NCBI GenBank assembly: GCA_031414595.1
Contig: JANNVX010000105.1
Coordinates: forward strand, 1 to 49,022
Source of the DNA: Deinococcales bacterium
GTDB taxonomy: Bacteria; Deinococcota; Deinococci; Deinococcales; JAAFIG01
Direction: 5' to 3'
Length of the DNA: 49,022 nt
Shown: positions 28,025-37,525 of the stretch, in pieces
Layout: each line of letters starts with the position of its first letter
How positions within the stretch are numbered: the first letter of the stretch is position 1
Program-made: the position numbers and the translations under genes
Notes under the pieces: generated by a model
The model's input: the letters and a program-made list of their open reading frames with translations, nothing else
Database searches by the model: none
What the model was told of the DNA's origin: nothing

Positions 28025-29017
28025 CTATTGAACATCGGCACGAAAAGAACTATGCCAACCCGTGACCCGACGCTCGAGTAACGCCAGTAGATTATAAACC
28101 GTAATCCCAAGAAAACTCGCAACAACAATGGCTGCCCAAACCGTATCTAAACTGACCGTACCAATCTCGACCACAATCCGAAAACCTAAGCCAGACCCAT
28201 TTGCACCAAAAAATTCAGCCACAATCGCCGAAATTAAACCCAGCACCGCGCCAGTCTTTAAGCCCGTAAAAATAAAGGGCATGGCGTTGGGGATGCGTAA
28301 ATCTAAAAAAGTACGCTGTGAATTGGCGGCATAAGAGCGCATTAAATCTAAGTGCAATGGGCTGACTTCGGCAAGTCCGCGAGCCGTATTTAAGAGCATT
28401 GGAAAAAAAACCGTGATTGCCACGACCACCGCCTTACTTTGCCAATCCACACCCATAATCCGAATGATAATCGGCGCGACTGCCACAATCGGCACACTCG
28501 AGAAAAGCGTGGCGTAGGGCATTAACCCCCGCTCGAGAAATGGGTAGCACTGGGTCGCAATCGCCACCAAAACCCCGAGTGTGCCACCCACTAAAAAGCC
28601 CACAAATGTCTCGAGCAGGGTGGTGTTGGTGTCGCGCAGCAGCACATTTCGGGCTTCAAAAAGTTTAATCAGTACCGCACTGGGCGGCGGGATTTGCGCC
28701 AGTGGAATGTCGTAGCCACGCACCAAGCCCTCGACCCCAAACAGCACCACCACTGCCAGCAGACCCGCCGGAAGTAGCCCGACGGCTTGGCGTTGTAACC
28801 AGTCGGAGTTGTCCTTAGCTTTTGGGCGGGCTAAAAATTGCAGCACCGCACTCGAGGCAAACCCAACTCCAGCCAGCCCCAAAAGCGTACCCAAATAAAT
28901 TAAAAAAACTGCCCCAGAACTCCAGCCCTCAAAGTTAGCTGCATTGGCTAGAATTGTGAGCGGCAACACAGCCATGCCCAGTAGAAGCAACCCAATGGCA
29001 AAGACTCGAGATGTCAT
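28025..29017 (-). CDS. ABC transporter permease (NitT/TauT family)
   Basis: PIVAVAP, FFPMLLNTARGL, LRIPNAMPFIFTGLK, AIVAEFFG. Confidence 0.88.
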   Translation of the reverse strand: MTSRVFAIGLLLLGMAVLPLTILANAANFEGWSSGAVFLIYLGTLLGLAGVGFASSAVLQFLARPKAKDNSDWLQRQAVGLLPAGLLAVVVLFGVEGLVRGYDIPLAQIPPPSAVLIKLFEARNVLLRDTNTTLLETFVGFLVGGTLGVLVAIATQCYPFLERGLMPYATLFSSVPIVAVAPIIIRIMGVDWQSKAVVVAITVFFPMLLNTARGLAEVSPLHLDLMRSYAANSQRTFLDLRIPNAMPFIFTGLKTGAVLGLISAIVAEFFGANGSGLGFRIVVEIGTVSLDTVWAAIVVASFLGITVYNLLALLERRVTGWHSSFRADVQ

Positions 29018-29874
29018 GAGCGGCTGCGTCGCCACGGAGTCACCGTCCGCTCGACCACGCCAACCAATGCCACCAAAACAATGCCCAGCACTGCACTGCC
29101 AATCATCACCAGCCATAAACTGCGTGAATCCGATGCCCTCGAGTTCTCGGATAAAAGTCGCCCTAAACCCGCATCGGTGATGGTGCTGGACTCGGAAACG
29201 ATTGCGCCAATCAGCGCCCCAGTCATGGCAACCTTAAACGCCGTAAATAAAAATGGCACACTGGTTGGAAAACGCAATTTACTAAAAGTCTGGACTGGAC
29301 TGGCGTTGTAGGTCTGCATCAGGTCTACTTGTAAGGGGTCTGGACTTTTTAAGCCTTTGGCAACCCCGATGGCAATCGGGAAGAAAGCGATATAGGCACT
29401 GATTAAAACCTTGGGCAGTAAACCCTGTACACCGTTAGAACCCAGCACCACCACCAGCATTGGCGCAAGCGCAATAATCGGGACAGTCTGCGAAGCCACC
29501 AACCATGGTAAAACGGCTTGTTCAAAAGCTCTCGAGATGGTTAAAAGCACCGCCAGCAGTAAGCCGACTACTCCTGCCAATAGCAAACCAAGCACGGCGG
29601 CTAGACCGGTAAAAAAGGCATGGTACGGCACAGAATTTGGGTCAGTTGGTGGGAAATACGCCTTTGGGAAATCCTCGAGCAACTGATTTGGGGCTGGGAC
29701 AACGGGCGAACGCAGGTTAAAGGCACAGAGAATAGCATCTTTGCCGCAAGGGAGTTCTGCCCCTCGAGACAGCAGGCGCTGGGCGGCTTGGGCATTGAGG
29801 AGAATCATGATTGGGAAAGCAAGTAGCAAAGTTATAAAAGCCACGACTAGCATTGGAAAGAGCGACTTATTCAC
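29014..29874 (-). CDS. ABC transporter permease (NitT/TauT family)
   Basis: SQTVPIIALAPM, KGLKSPD, KLRFPTSVPFLF; GTG start at 29874 inferred. Confidence 0.85.
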   Translation of the reverse strand: MNKSLFPMLVVAFITLLLAFPIMILLNAQAAQRLLSRGAELPCGKDAILCAFNLRSPVVPAPNQLLEDFPKAYFPPTDPNSVPYHAFFTGLAAVLGLLLAGVVGLLLAVLLTISRAFEQAVLPWLVASQTVPIIALAPMLVVVLGSNGVQGLLPKVLISAYIAFFPIAIGVAKGLKSPDPLQVDLMQTYNASPVQTFSKLRFPTSVPFLFTAFKVAMTGALIGAIVSESSTITDAGLGRLLSENSRASDSRSLWLVMIGSAVLGIVLVALVGVVERTVTPWRRSRS

Positions 29875-29884
29875 GGCAAGACCA

Positions 29885-30354
29885 CCCTCTCCCCAACCCC
29901 TCTCCCGAAAAGCGCGGGAGAGGGGCTTTTTTTGGTAATGTGAATTTATGGCGCGAGCGTACATTACTCAGTTGGCTCGAGAGAATCGGCAAAAGGAAAC
30001 TCCCGCCGAGGTGGTTTTGTGGGCGGCATTGCGGCGAAAGGCTTTTGATGGAGTTAAGTTTAAGCGCCAAAAACCAATTGGGCGTTATATCGCAGATTTT
30101 TGTGCGCCTAGTCTCAGGTTGATTATTGAACTCGACGGTAGTGTCCATGACACACCTGATGCCAAAGCCTACGATGCTGTTCGAGGAGAATTTCTGCGTG
30201 CTGCTGGCTATACTATCCTTCGATTCCCAAACCAATCCATCTTTGAGAACCTCGAACAAACCCTCGAACAAATCGCCACCCACCTCCCAAAAACACCATA
30301 AAAGCCCGAAAAGCCCCTCTCCCGCGCTCTTGGGGAGAGGGGTTGGGGAGAGGG
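29885..30354 (+). mobile_element. Putative small element: DUF559-like endonuclease gene between 46-bp palindromic inverted repeats
   Basis: 29885-29930 and the reverse complement of 30309-30354 match at 44/46 positions; element interrupts an ABC operon. Confidence 0.6.
29948..30301 (+). CDS. DUF559/Vsr-like (PD-(D/E)XK) endonuclease
   Basis: AR..R...TPAE..LW..LR, KFKRQ.PIG.YIADF, IIELDGSVH, YDA.R...L...GYTILRF.N. Confidence 0.88.
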   Translation: MARAYITQLARENRQKETPAEVVLWAALRRKAFDGVKFKRQKPIGRYIADFCAPSLRLIIELDGSVHDTPDAKAYDAVRGEFLRAAGYTILRFPNQSIFENLEQTLEQIATHLPKTP

Positions 30355-30357
30355 CGC

Positions 30358-31191
30358 TCACACCGCCTCCTCGTACCCATGCCCATGCCGCAGACTCTCG
30401 CGGACTTCGGTGGCAATTTCAAAAAACCGTGGCGTTTCTCGAGTCTCAAAATTGCGCGGTTGTGGCAAATCAACCTCAATCACTTTTTCGATTTTCCCCG
30501 GGCGTGGGGTCATGACCACAATTCGGGTGCTTAAAAAAACTGCTTCGGGGATGCTGTGGGTCACAAAAATAATCGTCTTGCCAGTCTCGCGCCAAAGCCT
30601 TAATAACTCGAGGTTGAGGTTTTCCCTGGTAATTTCGTCCAGAGCGCCAAATGGTTCGTCCATAAAAATTAACTGTGGGTCAAATGCTAATGCTCTGGCA
30701 ATACTGGCGCGTTGCTGCATTCCGCCACTTAATTGCCACGGGTAATTCTGAGCAAATTTCTCGAGTCCAACCAGTTGAAGCATTTTTTCGGCTCGAGTCT
30801 GGCGTTCTACTTTGTTGTAGCCCATAATCTCGAGCGGCAACATCACATTTTGGCGCACGGTGCGCCATTCAAACAGGGCTGGAGCTTGAAAAACATAACC
30901 ATAAGCCCGAGCTTCCCGAGCCGCTTTTGGGGTTTTACCGCCAATTAAAAGCGTCCCCAAAGTCGGTTGGATTAAATCTGCCAGCAAGCGCAACAAGGTG
31001 GTTTTGCCGCAACCGCTCGGTCCGATTAAACTTATAAATTCGCCTTCTTGAATCTCGAGGTTGGCATCTGTCAGGGCGATGGTCTCAAGCATTTGTCCAC
31101 TTGAGTCTTTGGTTTTGTAAATCATGCTGACATCCGTTACGGATACCAGTGGTGTACCCTGTGTGGATACCAGTGCGTTAGAAGCTGCCAT
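30358..31191 (-). CDS. ABC transporter ATP-binding protein (NitT/TauT family)
   Basis: GPSGCGKTT, LSGGMQQR, MDEPFGALD, VTH. Confidence 0.93.
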   Translation of the reverse strand: MAASNALVSTQGTPLVSVTDVSMIYKTKDSSGQMLETIALTDANLEIQEGEFISLIGPSGCGKTTLLRLLADLIQPTLGTLLIGGKTPKAAREARAYGYVFQAPALFEWRTVRQNVMLPLEIMGYNKVERQTRAEKMLQLVGLEKFAQNYPWQLSGGMQQRASIARALAFDPQLIFMDEPFGALDEITRENLNLELLRLWRETGKTIIFVTHSIPEAVFLSTRIVVMTPRPGKIEKVIEVDLPQPRNFETRETPRFFEIATEVRESLRHGHGYEEAV

Positions 31192-31218
31192 ACAAGAACA
31201 TACCAAGTTTTGTGCTTG

Positions 31219-32028
31219 TCAGGCAATTCGCTCAGACCCCGCGTACAAATTCATTCTCTGACCGCGTAAAAAACCAATCAGGGTCAAATCAAAGCGCTTT
31301 GCCACATCTACGGCTAAACTGGTGGGGGCAGAAACACTGGCAAGGACTGGAATTTTTGCGCGAATGGATTTTTGCGCGATTTCAAATCCGGCTCTGCCAG
31401 AAACCACTAAAATTGTGTTCTCGAGCGGTTGGGCTTGCATAATTGCCCAGCCAACCAGCTTATCCACAGCGTTGTGCCGCCCAACATCTTCGCGTAAAGC
31501 CAGTAATTCGCCTTGGCTCGAGAACAACGCCGCCGCATGAATTCCGCCCGTGGTATCAAAGATTTTTTGGGCAGCACGCAGTTTATCGGGCAAGGTATAA
31601 AGCAACTCTGGACTGATAACAAGTTGGCTTTGCAGCCTTTTGCAGTCTGTCTCGAGGGCTTCTAATTGGGCTTTTCCACAAACACCACAAGCACTTGTGG
31701 ATAAGGTATGGCGTTCTGGGAGGCTGACCACCAAGCCTTTGAGTAACTTGACATTAACCACATTAAAACGCTGCTCGAGTTTGTTGCTGACGCAGTACGA
31801 AACTTTTTGTAGGTCATGGAGTGAATTGATGATTCCTTCGGCGTAACACCAGCCCACAGCCAGTTCAAAATCATGACCGCAAGTTCGCATCGTCGTATTG
31901 ACAGTTTGGCGCAAACCACTTGTTTCAAGCCGAATCTCGAGTGGTTCTTCTTGCACCACAGCATCGGCTCGAGATTTTCGGGAAGCCCCGTCAAAACAAA
32001 GAATTTGGGTTTTTTTCGCTCCCTGCAT
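31219..32028 (-). CDS. fdhD: Formate dehydrogenase accessory sulfurtransferase
   Basis: EEPLEIR, TMRT.GHD.EL, SACGVCG, TGG.HAA, EDVGRHNAVDK, SAPTSLAV. Confidence 0.92.
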   Translation of the reverse strand: MQGAKKTQILCFDGASRKSRADAVVQEEPLEIRLETSGLRQTVNTTMRTCGHDFELAVGWCYAEGIINSLHDLQKVSYCVSNKLEQRFNVVNVKLLKGLVVSLPERHTLSTSACGVCGKAQLEALETDCKRLQSQLVISPELLYTLPDKLRAAQKIFDTTGGIHAAALFSSQGELLALREDVGRHNAVDKLVGWAIMQAQPLENTILVVSGRAGFEIAQKSIRAKIPVLASVSAPTSLAVDVAKRFDLTLIGFLRGQRMNLYAGSERIA

Positions 32029-32046
32029 TAGAATAGAATACAACCC
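32029..32046. promoter_or_regulatory. Putative bidirectional -10 element driving two leaderless genes
   Basis: cat-TAGAATAGAATACAACCC-atg: TAGAAT (+) and TATTCT (-) overlap, 7 and 6 nt from their ATGs. Confidence 0.6.
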
Positions 32047-32391
32047 ATGCGATTAGAACTACAGGCGGGAGCAGCGTGTTTTAACCAAGGCGAGTATTGG
32101 GAGTCACATGAAGTCTGGGAAATCCCTTGGAATGCCGCTAAAGCTCGTGGGGATTTGGCAACTGCTCGTTATATTCAAGGATTGATTTTACTGGCTGCCG
32201 CGATTCATAAACGCCGCCATTACGATAATTTAATTGGTGGTCAACGCAATTACGCTAAAGCCCTGCATCGACTCGAGGGCAACGACCAAAGTGCTTTGGA
32301 TGGCTTTAAGCTCGAGACCTTTAAGCAAGAAGTCTGGGCGGCGCTCGAGAATGAGGCTTTAAGTCCGCAATTACCCAATACCCTCGAGTAA
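32047..32391 (+). CDS. DUF309-family protein
   Basis: FNQGEYWESHEVWE..W...QGLI.LAAA.H. Confidence 0.85.
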   Translation: MRLELQAGAACFNQGEYWESHEVWEIPWNAAKARGDLATARYIQGLILLAAAIHKRRHYDNLIGGQRNYAKALHRLEGNDQSALDGFKLETFKQEVWAALENEALSPQLPNTLE

Positions 32392-33003
32392 ATTTTCTAA
32401 AGAATGCAGGTGCAAATCGGCTTTTTTAACCTCTTCACGCTGGGCATGAATCACGCCCCAAGGTCCTCGCTCTAAGAATACCGCTTTCATACCGATTGCC
32501 TTGGCGGGAAGCACATCGTTGTCTAATCTATCGCCAACATAAGCAATTTCGTGTGGCTCGAGCTTGGTAATTTGAACGATGCGCTTAAAAAATTCTGGGT
32601 TTGGCTTTTCTACGCCCCAAGTGGCACTTGAAGCAAGGTAAGTAATCGGTAACTCGAGACCACGCAGAATTGTTTCGGTTTTTTCGGGTTGATTGCCTGA
32701 AATTCCAACTTCAATCCCAGCAGCTTGTAGTTGGGCTAAGCACAAAATGGCATCTGGGTAAAAATCCGAGGCTTGTATTTCCCAAGGGGCAATACTTTTT
32801 TTTTCGCGTTTGAGAACTGCGTCTTGGTACGTTGTCCCTAGCACTTCAAAGACTTTGCGGTGATGCCAATTGTTGGTAATCACCATGCCGAGCGCCGCGA
32901 AGAACGTCAGTCTCGAGATGTCCAATACATCTGCCCAGTGTCCCCATTGTTCGGTTTCGCAAATTAGGGTTTCGCCAACATCAAAAAAAACAGCTTTGAT
33001 CAT
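32371..33003 (-). CDS. HAD-superfamily hydrolase
   Basis: FDVGETL, EKP...[11 protein letters not shown]. Confidence 0.9.
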   Translation of the reverse strand: MIKAVFFDVGETLICETEQWGHWADVLDISRLTFFAALGMVITNNWHHRKVFEVLGTTYQDAVLKREKKSIAPWEIQASDFYPDAILCLAQLQAAGIEVGISGNQPEKTETILRGLELPITYLASSATWGVEKPNPEFFKRIVQITKLEPHEIAYVGDRLDNDVLPAKAIGMKAVFLERGPWGVIHAQREEVKKADLHLHSLENLLEGIG

Positions 33004-35120
33004 GGATTCATTTTATAGCTCTCAGTCAGGCTTTTTAAGCGCGTGGCAAGACTCGAGAGTTCTTCGGCAGCACCTTTACTACTGCTTGATGTCTCTAAGG
33101 TTTTCTCGGCGTTGCTGCGTAAACTCTGCATCGCACTGGATATTTGCTGCATTCCAACACTGTGTTGTTGTACCGAAGCACTGATTAAAAATGCGTTCTG
33201 AGCGGCGTTTTCTATGGCGTTACTGAGTTGTGTAATCACCTCAGTAACCCTGCCGATGCTATCCACACCAGCATCTGCCACTTTAATACCTTGTTCGGTG
33301 GTCATGACGGCGTTGTTGGTGGCGCGTTGAATCTCTGAGAGTAAATCCCTGACTTGAAGTGTGGCGGTTTTGGATTGCTCAGATAGAGTGCGAATCTCGA
33401 GGGCAACCACACTAAAGCCCTTGCCGTGTTCGCCAGCCCGAGCCGCTTCGATGGCGGCGTTGAGTGCCAGTAAATTGCTTTGGTCAGCAAGTTTGGCAAC
33501 CGTGGCAATGATTTCACCGATGGCTTGGGTTTGCTCAGACAATGCCAGAATATTTTCGGCAATATCGCCGACCCTAAATTTAATATCTGCCATGCTTTGA
33601 TTAGCAGCAACGGTGGCATCCACACCAAGTTCGACCACTCGAGCAATCCCTTGGGCGGCTTCACGGGTTTGAATCGCATACTCGAGGGCTTGTTCGGTGG
33701 TGGTGTAAACTTCGTCTACCGTGGCACTGGTTTGGGCGATGGCAGCAAATTGTTGTTGGACACTGCCTGCTTGGGCTTGGCTGCTGCTGAGCATTTGGTT
33801 TGAAGCCGATGAAAGTGAAATCGTACCTTGTTGCAAAGTTTGTAAGAGTTCGCGTACATTTTGGTTCATTTCGGCGAAGGCTTGTCCGAGCTTGTCTTTT
33901 TCTGATGCCATAACAATGTTTTGGGTCAGGTCACGTTCAGTGATGGCTTGGGCTGCCATCGCAAGATTTTGTTGATAATCAATCATTTTGGCAAAAGCCT
34001 CGGCAAAACGTCCGAGTTCATCTTTTGGATATGTTCCAAGTTGTTGCTCGAGATTCCCTTTTGATAATTCTTGAGCGTTTTTACCAAGTTGTTTTAAGCC
34101 TTTGGTCACATAACGCACCGAGAAAAATAGGGCAACCACAATCACCAACAGCAACACCAAAATAATTGGCAAGAGTTTTACGATGGCGTAATTACGATCA
34201 TTGTACAAATCCACTATCGGAGCGCTCGAGACCACCAACCAACCCAATTTGCCACTGATGCCAGAACTTTTATAATAGGCTTCGATGCCTTGCCCAGAAG
34301 CCGTGGCGTAATCGCGTCCAATAAAATAGCCTTCGGATTCAGGGCTTTTTAAGCCTTGGTAGTCGCTTAGTTTGGTCTTGAGGATTTGGGTTTGATCTGG
34401 ATGCTCGAGAACCAGACCAGTTTTATTGAGGATTACAAAATCCACCACCGTATCTTCGTTGGCAGCGCGTTCGGCAATTTCAAGCACCTGATTCTGAATT
34501 TGAGACCACTTAAAACGGTTGCTCCAAACCCCAATCACCTCGCCGTTTGCGTTGCGAATCGGCGCAGAAAAACCCATGCTCAGGGCTTTGCTCGGGTCGA
34601 GTTGGGCAACCAGTGCATCAAGGTGCGGTTCTATCAAGTCTGTTTCACCTTCGGGTTTTTCTAAAGTACGCAAAAACCAAGATTCTTTTGCCATACTCTG
34701 CCCAAACAGGCTCTGCACCTCGAGTTCTTCGCCGCTTTCGTCTTGTCCTGCGGCGGCAATGATTTTACCTTTGGTATTGACTACCAACATTAAGCTGTAA
34801 TTGGGCGCATAACTGCTCAGCAATGACGGCAACCAATCTTTTAAGGCTTGGCTTTGCATATTCTGAGCCAAAGGCGAAGCTGCCAAAGCCAGCACATCGG
34901 CACTGCGAGCATCTAAATTATGGTCTATGCGTTCTGCCAAATGAAACGATAAGCCCTCCTGCCACAAGCCGTAAGTTTCTTCGTTTTCGCGGTTGTAATT
35001 CAAAAAATAAAGCGTTAAGGCAATCAGTAGAACAGGCAGCAATGAAGCAACAGTTAGTAAAATAATTTTTAAGACCAACCCCTGATTGGCAAACCAACGA
35101 ATCAGCAAAACTTTGTGCAT
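33000..35120 (-). CDS. Methyl-accepting chemotaxis protein (Cache-HAMP-MA)
   Basis: Two TM helices, [35 protein letters not shown]. Confidence 0.93.
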   Translation of the reverse strand: MHKVLLIRWFANQGLVLKIILLTVASLLPVLLIALTLYFLNYNRENEETYGLWQEGLSFHLAERIDHNLDARSADVLALAASPLAQNMQSQALKDWLPSLLSSYAPNYSLMLVVNTKGKIIAAAGQDESGEELEVQSLFGQSMAKESWFLRTLEKPEGETDLIEPHLDALVAQLDPSKALSMGFSAPIRNANGEVIGVWSNRFKWSQIQNQVLEIAERAANEDTVVDFVILNKTGLVLEHPDQTQILKTKLSDYQGLKSPESEGYFIGRDYATASGQGIEAYYKSSGISGKLGWLVVSSAPIVDLYNDRNYAIVKLLPIILVLLLVIVVALFFSVRYVTKGLKQLGKNAQELSKGNLEQQLGTYPKDELGRFAEAFAKMIDYQQNLAMAAQAITERDLTQNIVMASEKDKLGQAFAEMNQNVRELLQTLQQGTISLSSASNQMLSSSQAQAGSVQQQFAAIAQTSATVDEVYTTTEQALEYAIQTREAAQGIARVVELGVDATVAANQSMADIKFRVGDIAENILALSEQTQAIGEIIATVAKLADQSNLLALNAAIEAARAGEHGKGFSVVALEIRTLSEQSKTATLQVRDLLSEIQRATNNAVMTTEQGIKVADAGVDSIGRVTEVITQLSNAIENAAQNAFLISASVQQHSVGMQQISSAMQSLRSNAEKTLETSSSSKGAAEELSSLATRLKSLTESYKMNP

Positions 35121-35142
35121 GGCATCAGTCTACCGCTTTTGT

Positions 35143-35199
35143 GGTTGAGGCTACCCAGACATCTTGCGGTTGAGGCTACACCGACATCTTGCGGTTGAC
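35143..35199. repeat. 25-bp direct repeat (about 2.3 copies) between mcp and the mgtE promoter
   Basis: ggttgaggctacccagacatcttgc / ggttgaggctacaccgacatcttgc / ggttgac. Confidence 0.8.
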
Positions 35200-35224
35200 A
35201 CCATCCTAAATCCAGCCTTAGACT
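35195..35224 (+). promoter_or_regulatory. Sigma70-type promoter for the mgtE leader
   Basis: TTGACA-18 nt-TAGACT. Confidence 0.6.
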
Positions 35225-35274
35225 ACCGCATTGTCAGGGATTCATAAAATAATCTCGAGCAGAAAGAAGGTGAT

Positions 35275-35352
35275 ATGAAAACCGAGCCGAGCAACACCGC
35301 CGACCCAGAGCCGTTAAGTTGTTACGGGGTTCATATCGCTCTATTGAACTGA
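35275..35352 (+). CDS. Putative MgtL-like leader peptide (25 aa)
   Basis: RBS AAGGTG then MKTEPSNTADPEPLSCYGVHIALLN*, upstream of mgtE. Confidence 0.6.
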   Translation: MKTEPSNTADPEPLSCYGVHIALLN

Positions 35353-35363
35353 ACCCCTTTTTT
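35326..35363 (+). terminator. Attenuator-like terminator overlapping the leader stop codon
   Basis: GGGGTTCA...TGAACCCC followed by T6; alternative pairing 35269-35279 with 35330-35340. Confidence 0.55.
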
Positions 35364-35400
35364 CCAAACACTGTTTAAGGCAGTGAAATGGGGGTGAATC

Positions 35401-36765
35401 ATGACCAGTTTTGAAACGGTTCTCGAGCCAAACGAAATTCTAGCCGTGCTGCGTGAAGGTCAGCGCCTAGAATTCAAAGCCTTATTGCGAAGCCAGCCCG
35501 AAACCAGTATAGACGCAGCTTTTCAGGATGCCAACCAAGTCGAACGCCTCGAGTTTCTGCGTTTACTGCCTGTCGAACGGGCTGCCAGTACCTTTACCGA
35601 TTTACCCTTAATCGAACAAGCCGAGTTCGTGCCAGATTTATCCGCCGACCGACTTCGGGTGATGGGTGCGTTTATTGGACCAGACGAAATTGCCGATTTG
35701 CTGCAAGAAATCTCGAACGCTGAGACTCGAGACCACCTCTTAAAAGCCCTTCCGCCCACCCTGTCCTCGAGCGCCTTGGGTTTACTCCAATACGAAGACG
35801 ACGACGCTGGCGGGATGATGACCCCCGAATTTGTGGCGGTACTCGAGGCTTGGACAGTCCAACACACCTTGCAATTTTTACGCCAAGCCGCTGACCATGC
35901 CGAAACAGTTAGCAACCTCTATGTGGTCAACAGCGAAGGGCAACTAACGGGCATGATTTCCTTACAAAGCCTTGTAACTGCGCCTTCTCGAGCCAAAATT
36001 GAAGATATTGCCCGTCGAGAAATTATTTTTGCGCGTACCGACACCGACCAAGAAGAAGTCGCCCGTTTAATGCGCGATTACGATTTGAATGTCATGCCTG
36101 TGGTAGACGAAAACGGCGTTCTCAAAGGGATTATTACGATTGATGACGTGATAGATGTAATGCAGGAAGAAGCCACCGAAGACATTTATAAAGGCGCAGC
36201 CATGGAAGGCTCAGAAATTGATTACCTTCGCACCAGCCCCATTATTTTATGGCAAAAACGAGTTTTGTGGTTAGCGGCACTGTCGGTCTCGGAAATTCTA
36301 ACTGTAGCCGTCAACACGAGTTACGCAAATTTACTGACCCAACAAATTATTTTACAAAGTTATATCGCCGCCCTGATTGGCACAGGTGGCAATACAGGCT
36401 CGCAAAGCGCGGTGCTGATTATTCGTGCGATTTCCCAAGGACAAATTCGTGGACGAGACGCGCTTAAAGTGCTGGCTAAGGAATTCAGCACAGGATTGTT
36501 ACTCGGCGCAACCCTAGCTGTTTTTGCCTTTATTCGGGTGCTGGTCTTAAAATCAGACGCTGGAACACCAATTGCCCTGACCATTGCTTTAGCGGTTTTT
36601 GCAATTGTTTTTGTGGCAAATATTGTCGGCGCGATGCTGCCAATTGCTTTTTATAAACTAAAAATAGACCCCGCCCTGACCTCGAGTCCGTTCTTAGCCA
36701 CCATCATGGATGCGACTGGCTTGCTGATTTACTTCAACATTGCCAAATTGGTTTTGGGAATATAA
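35401..36765 (+). CDS. mgtE: Magnesium transporter MgtE
   Basis: AGGMMTPEFV, tandem CBS domains, GTGGNTGSQS, DPALTSSPFLATIMD. Confidence 0.93.
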   Translation: MTSFETVLEPNEILAVLREGQRLEFKALLRSQPETSIDAAFQDANQVERLEFLRLLPVERAASTFTDLPLIEQAEFVPDLSADRLRVMGAFIGPDEIADLLQEISNAETRDHLLKALPPTLSSSALGLLQYEDDDAGGMMTPEFVAVLEAWTVQHTLQFLRQAADHAETVSNLYVVNSEGQLTGMISLQSLVTAPSRAKIEDIARREIIFARTDTDQEEVARLMRDYDLNVMPVVDENGVLKGIITIDDVIDVMQEEATEDIYKGAAMEGSEIDYLRTSPIILWQKRVLWLAALSVSEILTVAVNTSYANLLTQQIILQSYIAALIGTGGNTGSQSAVLIIRAISQGQIRGRDALKVLAKEFSTGLLLGATLAVFAFIRVLVLKSDAGTPIALTIALAVFAIVFVANIVGAMLPIAFYKLKIDPALTSSPFLATIMDATGLLIYFNIAKLVLGI

Positions 36766-36766
36766 A

Positions 36767-36787
36767 ACCCCCACAATACCGTGGGGG
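36767..36787. terminator. Hairpin between convergent genes
   Basis: cccccac-aatacc-gtggggg. Confidence 0.45.
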
Positions 36788-36799
36788 AAATGATTCGGC

Positions 36800-37450
36800 T
36801 CAAGCCATGGCTGCACGTAAGGCTGTTACTCGCTCGAGTAATGGCGCTACTGCCCCAGCGTTTTGGTTTGCCATCTCGAGTTGCACAATTGCCCCGGCGT
36901 GAATGTGATGATCGTCTGGATTGCCAAATAAACTGTCCAGCAATCCAAATTCATCTTGACTACGCAGGTTTGCGTCGTTGCGGAACATTTCTAAGTATGT
37001 CCATTGGAATTGGCTCTCGGAAATGTTGCCACTGAGGTACTTATCCATCAGGTTCTTATACGGGTCTAAGCTGGTGTGTTTGTCGGCGGCAACCACTTCG
37101 CCAGTCAGTGGCGGCAAGAATTTCTCGAGATTCGGCTCGAGGTTTTCTTTGGTGATGTTCCAATTGTCCAAATCAAACTTGGCTTCTTGGTCGCGGAACA
37201 AAATAATTTGCGGACTCTGATGCACAATCCCTGTTAAATCTGCCACATGATTGCTGGCAGGACGAGCCTCGACCACACGAATCACACCAACTGGCACATC
37301 TGGACGCTGACTAAGGTACGATTCGATATTGCCCCAACCCTGCATGGTTTTGTGGCATGTTCCAGCCTTAAAAATTGCACAAGCAGGATTTTCAGATAAA
37401 AACAAATTAACTTCTTCGGGGGTGGTTAAAGCAAACATTCTTTCACGCAT
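36800..37450 (-). CDS. Monothiol bacilliredoxin BrxC/YtxJ family with C-terminal helical extension (AbxC-type)
   Basis: IFK.GTCHKT, VVE.RPASNHVA..TGIVHQSPQ; C-terminal YL.G.ISE.QF...YL.MF resembles a colicin D immunity domain. Confidence 0.8.
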   Translation of the reverse strand: MRERMFALTTPEEVNLFLSENPACAIFKAGTCHKTMQGWGNIESYLSQRPDVPVGVIRVVEARPASNHVADLTGIVHQSPQIILFRDQEAKFDLDNWNITKENLEPNLEKFLPPLTGEVVAADKHTSLDPYKNLMDKYLSGNISESQFQWTYLEMFRNDANLRSQDEFGLLDSLFGNPDDHHIHAGAIVQLEMANQNAGAVAPLLERVTALRAAMA

Positions 37451-37525
37451 AATAAACCTCTTTTAACATTGTGCAATAGTTTTGGCACAAAAACAGTTAG
37501 GCAGACGACACAGAGCAAGGCAGGA

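Noticed and set aside
29867-30515. ORFs 29867..30361 (-), 30126..30515 (+) and the N-terminal extension of the permease to 29964
   Set aside because: Shadow frames through the DUF559 gene and its GC-rich repeats (PLSR..GEG-type translations)
35225-35400. M-box (ykoK) riboswitch
   Set aside because: No recognisable M-box conserved sequence; a uORF attenuator explains the region better
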